The notes beneath the pieces were generated by a model, which saw only the letters and a list, made by a program, of their open reading frames with translations, was not told where the DNA came from and made no database searches. Below, in pieces: positions 57,036 through 64,000 of a stretch of 64,000 nt of DNA (the first letter of the stretch is position 1; each line of letters starts with the position of its first letter). Origin of the DNA: Eledone cirrhosa (Eukaryota). The position numbers and the translations under genes were made by a program. The stretch lies in assembly GCA_964016885.1 (NCBI GenBank), contig OZ024747.1:39680001-39744000 (forward strand), written 5' to 3'.

Positions 57036-57940
57036 CTAATGAAAATATATTCACTGACACTCAAAACGAGTAATATACTGGGACAATTGCTGTCATTGTG
57101 CCCAAAAGAGAAACAATTATTTAATAACGAGTTGATGTCAGTTTTAAAGACGAAAAAATGCAGATTATTAATTCTAAAATTCTGTGTCTTCAGAAAAAAT
57201 TTTACATAATGTGTTTCACACAGACGCATGCACACACGCACACACAAACATATATAAAATCTTACTAAAAAGGTTTAAAAAGGAAAATATGTATCTATAG
57301 TTATAAGTAGATTTCCAATCTAAATATTATATGGAAAATGGCTAAACTTGCAAAAATAAAACTAATAAGCGAAAGGAAAATATCGGATATAATTTTGTCT
57401 TTTATTCAAAAGAAAACATTTAGAAATGAATAAGAAATATATCATGATCTATATATTTGTAGAATAGTCTTATCTTACGTTCGGATACTATGGAATCCAC
57501 GCATCAGGTAGCGGAAACCAATTTATCTAGTGGATATAAAAGATTGCTTGGGTCTTAAATAATGTTTCCCACTTCCCCGCTTATTCACTTTTCAGAATTC
57601 CCCCCCCCCCACACACACACACACACACTGCCCGTTTATTAAATTTTGATGATCTATCTAAGGCCAAATTTTAGTTTAAGTGGTAGCATTCTTGCGACAA
57701 TCATTTTTATTTTCTTTATACATTAAAAAACATTATATAGACAAAAAATATATTACTAGTAATCCCATAAGTTATATAATAAATAGGATGGGTTGGGGTC
57801 TCAATATATAAGATAAAAAGCTAATCCTGATTTTAAAAATCCAGAGATAAGGTAAAAAACTCACCGATTTTCCGATCCCCCACTTATTCCCCCACATATT
57901 ATATATAAGTATAGGATTATGGTTAGGTGAAATATATATA

Positions 57941-58232
57941 ATTTTTCTACTTTAGGCACAAGGCCAGCAATTACCCAGTGCATTACTGGTACTTTATTTT
58001 ATCGACCCCGTAAGGATGAAAGGCAAAGTCAACCTCGGCGGGATTTGAACTCAGATCGTAAAGGGACTTAACTATGCTGGTAAGCATGGCGTCCGACCCT
58101 CTGCCGATACTGCCAATATGGTTTCAGATATAGGCACAATGCTAGAAATTTGTGGGAAGGAGAAAGTTGGAGAATTCGACCCCATACTGGTACTTTATTT
58201 CATCGACCCCGTAAGGATGAAAGGCAAAGTTA
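57941..58232 (-). mobile_element. Two adjacent SINE copies (57941-58116 and a 3' part of another subfamily at 58119-58232)
   Basis: Shared core and tail sequences. Confidence 0.85.
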
Positions 58233-58237
58233 ATATC

Positions 58238-58269
<32 letters not shown>

Positions 58270-58317
58270 TATAGATAGGTAAATATACACGGGTGTGTAT
58301 GATTGTGTATAGAAGAT

Positions 58318-58711
58318 TATATTAATAAGAGGAATTCCAACTTTGTCTGATTTACTCGTTTTATTTACAATCCTTTAAAATATATATAATATGGTATTAT
58401 AATGAAATAGTATGATAGAATATTAAATTCTAAGTGTTAATTGAACAAGTACTTTCATGCTTTCGCAATCTTCAGGTTCATGATATGTGGTGACAGTCGA
58501 GTTTGCAATTTTCAACTGTTGAAAATTGCAAACTCGACTGTCACCACATATCATGAACCTGAAGATTGCGAAAGCATGAAAGTACTTGTTCAATTAACAC
58601 TTAGAATTTAATATTCTATCATACTATTTCATTATAATACCATATTATATATATTTTAAAGGATTGTAAATAAAACGAGTAAATCAGACAAAGTTGGAAT
58701 TCCTCTTATTA

Positions 58712-58716
<5 letters not shown>
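58318..58716. repeat. Apparently perfect palindrome (about 199 bp arms, 1 nt spacer), each arm with a hammerhead
   Basis: Centre at 58517; 58554-58592 reads UGAAC-CUGAAGA-UUGC GAAA GCAU-GAAA-GUAC-UU-GUUCA; mirror copy at 58442-58480. Confidence 0.92.
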
Positions 58717-58744
<28 letters not shown>

Positions 58745-59201
58745 TATATACAGCGGCGGTGGAAGCATTTCAGAATTGGAGTGAGGGCACATATGGATAG
58801 TTTAGTTATAGTGATTAGTTTAGTTCATTGCTATCTAAATGGTGAGAAAACTTCGATATGCGATAAACATACCATGTACATAAATTGTAGCACAAATCTA
58901 AATAGATGTCTGTTTTAGTAGTTTGAGGAGAAAATATAATTATTAGAGATGGCATGACCCCTTCAGTTACACCACCACTCTCTATATATAATTTCTTTTA
59001 AATTATGCTTTGTGCCCTTTCCTGAAGTGTTAATATATCCAGCTTCTTTGCATTTGGTCAGAAGCTGGTATTATACCAAATTTATACATCTCCTTATATA
59101 TATATTAATATTAATAATTCTGGAAAACAAATTTGCTGCTGAGTGCTTCCAATCTATTGTAAAACTCATTCTTTGATGTATTCATTGAACCTTGTTTAAC
59201 T

Positions 59202-59252
<51 letters not shown>

Positions 59253-59436
59253 ATAATAATAAAATTGAAGACTAAAATCCAAAGAGGGCTCGATAAGGAA
59301 AATATATATCAAATATATAAGAATCGTAGAGCAAATATTTATTAAAATAACAGATTAAAGTTTAAGCAAAGAATCGCTGCTTTCACTCTATAATTATATA
59401 TATATATATATATAATTATATATATATATATATATA

Positions 59437-59483
<47 letters not shown>

Positions 59484-59652
59484 ACTAGAAATCGATTAAC
59501 ATATAAATAAACATGAATAATCATAGGAGATCATTTTTACAATTATTATAAAATGCTCGGTCCTATTCGTTAGAATCTTAGAGCTTATTTTGCGGGTGAT
59601 ATGGCGCATGTCTTTCTGGCATGACACCCATAATTTTGATTATCTTAATTTT

Positions 59653-59690
<38 letters not shown>

Positions 59691-59954
59691 CTCGAAAAAT
59701 GTTATTTACCTTGAGCTAATTTGATTATAAGGGATTATTGTGAGTTTTTAACACAATATATATTTTTGAGAAATTGACCTCCTATGATTTTGTTGAGCTT
59801 TTAGTACATCGGATGGTTCTGGCTGCTATTTTTTCTAGTAGACTTATGTTCTATTCGATCCGCCTGGCACGCAGTAACCATGTGCTTTCTCCCTTAATAC
59901 ATGCGCGTTATTTAGTCTTCTGAGAAATTTAATAGTGAGGAGTATATTGGTTGG

Positions 59955-60036
59955 AAACATCCACTGAAAAGCATCGAACAATAAATCTCTTCAATTAATT
60001 GTGAAACAGTTCTACCCGAAAGCTGTCTGGATGTTT
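59955..60036 (+). ncRNA. Degenerate hammerhead (G8A) with 9 bp stem I
   Basis: AAACAUCCA-CUGAAAA..GAAA-CAGUU..AGCUG-UC-UGGAUGUUU; same family as 14716. Confidence 0.6.
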
Positions 60037-60182
60037 GATAATTATCATAGTTGATTTATCCCTTTGATTGAGTTCTGAGAACCGTACTATTTTCAGTCAG
60101 TATTTTCTTCATCCTGGGTAGTTTCTGTCCCTTGTTATTTGAACGCATATATTTATATATCTGTGTTCGTTTCTCTTTACTG

Positions 60183-60241
<59 letters not shown>

Positions 60242-60264
60242 TATACATATATATATATGTATGT

Positions 60265-63015
60265 AGGAGGTGAGTTTTATTGTAGCACAATAAAGCAATG
60301 CAAATATCGGATAAGTAGCACTCTACAGTTTGTAGGACTGGAGTATAAATAATATAAGATCAAAAGATGGTTAAAAGAGTTCCAAGTATTTATTTTATTA
60401 TGCGCATTTCAAAAACAAATATCATCATGGGATGATATCTGCGTTCTCATCAGATAAAATATGTAGACATGATATGAAGCTTAAAAAACACTTGTGAGCA
60501 GTGAAGTTTTAAATCAACATATGAAAAATAAATTAAGATGGATGTATGAGATTGGGAAAAAGTGCGAGGGGGTGGAAAAGGTAAGGAAGAGGAAGAAATA
60601 AGAGTAAAGGATGGTGGTGGGGGAGGAGTATAAGTAGGAAGGATGAGAGAGGAGCAGAAATGGGTGATAGAGAGAGAGAGATAGCCTTTACAACTGAGAA
60701 AATATTGTCTCACAGAGAGAAATTTAAAAACCGTTGGAAGAAAATAGATAATTTAAAAGATTATGAAGTTAAAAGTTAATGAGGTTTATGCATGAAGAAA
60801 AAGGAATTAAGAATAGTATTAAATTAAGGTTTAATAATATGTGCGAAGAAAAGAATTTATTAATATGTATTATTAAGATAAAAATATTAAGGATATTAAG
60901 GATATAATGTGAAAAGAAGTAGAAGAATAAATGAGTTAGGAATTTAGAGGAATGTTTTGATGTATTGTAATATGTATATGTAAATAGTATGTTTTAAATG
61001 AGCATGGAAGGAGAGAAGAAAAAAGAATGTTTAAGGAAGAAAATATCTAACGTCAAAAAGTATATATGTTTACGAAATATTTTCTAATGGTAATATTAAA
61101 AAGAAATTAGTTGGGGTTTAAGTTTGTTTTTATGTATTGTAATATGTAATAGTAAAAGTAAGTAGTGGGTTTAAATCTAGCAGGGAAGGAGAGAAGATAG
61201 AAGAAAGATTTAGGGAAGAAAAAAAATATCTAACGTCAAAAAATGTTTATATGTTTACGGAAATCTTCTAATGGTAATATTATAATTTATTTTAAAAAAT
61301 ATAGTTTTCATGGCCAATAATATGAAGAAAGATGGAAGAATGGATAATGCTGTAGTGAGTAATAATATGAATTTAGAAGTAATTGGGAAGAAAAACTACA
61401 GATTAGAGATTAGAAATTAAAAAAGAAAAAAGGAAGAAAGGAAAATGATAAAGAAGAATGACATAGAATGAGTAAATTGTATTATATAATATATAATACT
61501 GAAATAAGGTAGAAAGTTGGGTATATTTGTAAAAGATATATAAGCCTTTGAGAAAAGACGATTTTAAACTAATAAGGTATTGAGATATCTGTATACTTTA
61601 TGGAATGTTCTATGGAATGTATGCAAGCAGAGCGAAAATAAATCTGTGCGTCTATTTATTATAGAATTGAAATTAGATATAATGGTAAATTTCTCGGCTA
61701 GGCAGAGATTACATGTTCTGAATAGGGAAGAATTCAGGTAAGGAAAGGCGGAACAAACCTTCCTCCAAGTGATGTGATAGTTAATATTTTTGTCTTTTAA
61801 GGACCATATGAGTTCCGAGAGTGCCGTGTTAGTTCTTTTAAGTTGGTATTTAAAAGACGATTTGTGATTATAAAATCTAGCTTTTAAGGAAGTGGAAGTG
61901 GAACCAAAATAGGTAAAAGAATTAGTATCAGTTATAAACTGACATTCATAGACTAAGTTTTTATCAAGACAATGGTTATTAAGAGGACATTTAGTTTTAT
62001 TAGGGCAATTACAATTACGATTAGAGAAATTAACAGAGTTATTAGCAAGTGACCTAGTATTATTTATAGAAGGAATTGGATTGGAGAAGTTATTTACGAT
62101 AGGAACTATAGTTACCTGATTTAGATTGGTGTTATGAACATTCAACGAAGTTACGTTTGACGTCGTATTTAAATTTACAGAATCTAGCCAATGACGTCGG
62201 GTATACTACTGCTATTATTATGACGCTCAATGTTGGAAGGATGTAATTTATTATTTAATATTTTATTGTTGTGTTTAGAGATAATGTTAGCGGTGTTGGG
62301 AGTGGTGGAATAAGAAAATTTAATTGTATGTTTGTTAAAGATTTCACTATAGATATGTGAGGGAGGGAAGCATTTATCTAAGGCCCTAAAGAATAGTTTA
62401 GGAATATTATTATTAATAGATAGAGAAAAAGGAGCATTAAACCAGATTATGTTTTTGTATCTAGGTCTTTTATTTAAGTTATTGGAATGTTCATAATTAA
62501 TTATTTTACTATAAGACCTTCGATGATTGGTTTCCTTACTGTATTTAATTTTATCAGGATAACCGGCTTTAGAAAGCGCATTATTATAGTAAGTGGCATT
62601 AGCGTCGAAGATATCTTTATTAGAGGATAGATTTGAGATTCTTTATTCAATATTACTGATTATAGAATTTTTAATGTTAGTGGGGTGGTTAGATTTAAAA
62701 TTAACATAATTTAAATTCTCATTGTTTTTATGGTAAGGGATAGGCCAGTGTCAAGATTAAGGGATATATCCAAGAAGTTAGCTAGTTTGACGTTGTTATC
62801 AAATTCAATTTTAAGGTTATGGTGCTTAAAGAGATCACGTATATTGTTCTTAATAATATTGTGGTTGACTAAGTTACAGTTTAAGATAGTAAAAAGGCCA
62901 TCGTCACGATAAACTCCACCGCGAAGTTGAGGAATTTTCCGATTTAAAGAATTCAAAATAAAGATACCAATCAAATCAGACAATTGCGATGAATCGGAAG
63001 CACCCATTGTGATAA
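60265..63015 (-). mobile_element. Naiad-like PLE, 5'-truncated (RT C-half, GIY-YIG, long 3' region)
   Basis: TMGASDSSQLSDLIG, YRDDG, NFLD, SNHP, WFNAPFS, CNC..CPL..CL..VY..YFGST..CNLC..CLH. Confidence 0.9.
60392..60460 (-). ncRNA. Canonical type I hammerhead in a Naiad-like pLTR
   Basis: AUUUUAU-CUGAUGA-long stem II-GAAA-UGCGCA-UA-AUAAAAU. Confidence 0.88.
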
Positions 63016-63029
63016 CATTAAAAATTAAT

Positions 63030-63432
63030 TATCACCTAACTCTCCATCTCTCTATATGAATTAACACCAAACTATTCCCCTCTATATATCTACTACACGG
63101 AACTCTCTTCCAATCCCACTCTCAATGAACATCAAACGCTCCCCCTTTCTATATCTACCATACAACACTCTCTTATTCCCTCGCACTCTATCCATCATTA
63201 CCAAACCCTCCCCCTCTCTATATCTAACAGTACCTATATCAATCCTCCCACTCTATTCATTAGCACCACATTCTCACCCTCTTTATATCTACTACACGGA
63301 ACTCTCTATAGTAATTAACATCAATCTCTCCCCCTCTCTATTATATAACACATTTTCCCAACCTTCCTCTCTATATCAATTACTAATAAACTCTCCCATT
63401 CTCTATATCTATCTCTCCCATTTATCTCTACA
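63030..63432. repeat. Degenerate pyrimidine-rich minisatellite
   Basis: Recurring CCCTCTCTATATCT.. blocks about every 50-60 bp. Confidence 0.6.
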
Positions 63433-63582
63433 TAACATGCACATAAATTGTAGTGCATATACAAATAGATATCTGTTTTGCTAGTTTGGGCAGAAAAACA
63501 TAATTATGGGGGTGGGGAGCATGACTTCCCCGGTCCCTCCATCAGTTCCACCGCTCCTGATATATATATATATATATATATA

Positions 63583-63897
63583 TTGAGTATATGTTGGTTG
63601 TTTACCGACACCTCAGTATGCAGATTGGAGCACTCGACGAAGTACGCAGGTTGGTTGGTTTACTCAGAAGTAATGTAAAATAATTAAGTCAAATATGTAA
63701 AATTTGGCTTCGTTTCTTATAAATTATAGATATACTGCTATATATATTTCGGTGACAGCCATCATTGGCTGTGACCTCTTCAGGCAGTCTTAATTGGTGT
63801 GGGAGAGACAGGTACACATGTTGTTGGAGTGTGTTTTACTCCGTCAATACTCCGATATGTCCAGCTGCTGGTTGCGTTGTTATTTCTCTGCGGAACT
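63583..63897 (-). mobile_element. Solo hammerhead element of about 310 bp (28916 family), HHR at 63734-63788
   Basis: Colinear with 28916-29223; flanked by (TA)n on both sides. Confidence 0.85.
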
Positions 63898-63903
63898 AGA
63901 ATC

Positions 63904-63982
<79 letters not shown>

Positions 63983-64000
63983 AGGTGCTTAAGCTGTGTC

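Noticed and set aside
58752-58980. Possible hAT-type MITE (CAGCGGCGGTGGAA..), with a related end at 63505-63559
   Set aside because: TIRs too degenerate and no TSD could be confirmed

Overview
AT-rich, microsatellite-dense animal genomic DNA with no confidently identifiable host gene. The SINE and repeat content suggests a cephalopod, probably Octopus (inference). The window is a nested graveyard of retroelements: at least 11 decayed Penelope-like element (PLE) fragments (Naiad-, Neptune- and Nematis-like), two Tx1 LINEs, one R4/Dong LINE, CRE and RTE remnants, tRNA-type SINEs, non-autonomous Helitrons and a hAT MITE, most of them sitting in (TA)n tracts. The main hidden signal is about 35 type I hammerhead ribozyme (HHR) motifs from more than 12 sequence families, found by manual folding. 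Most have palindromic stem III, and some carry recurrent core variants (U3-A8, U4C, U4A). Several sit in ORF-less tandem or fold-back arrays (units of about 188, 420 and 539 bp). One array begins exactly at the ribozyme cleavage site, and another shows reciprocal stem I pairing between neighbouring units. This suggests retrozyme-like, possibly circRNA-forming, non-autonomous elements mobilised by PLEs. Activity and expression are untested.
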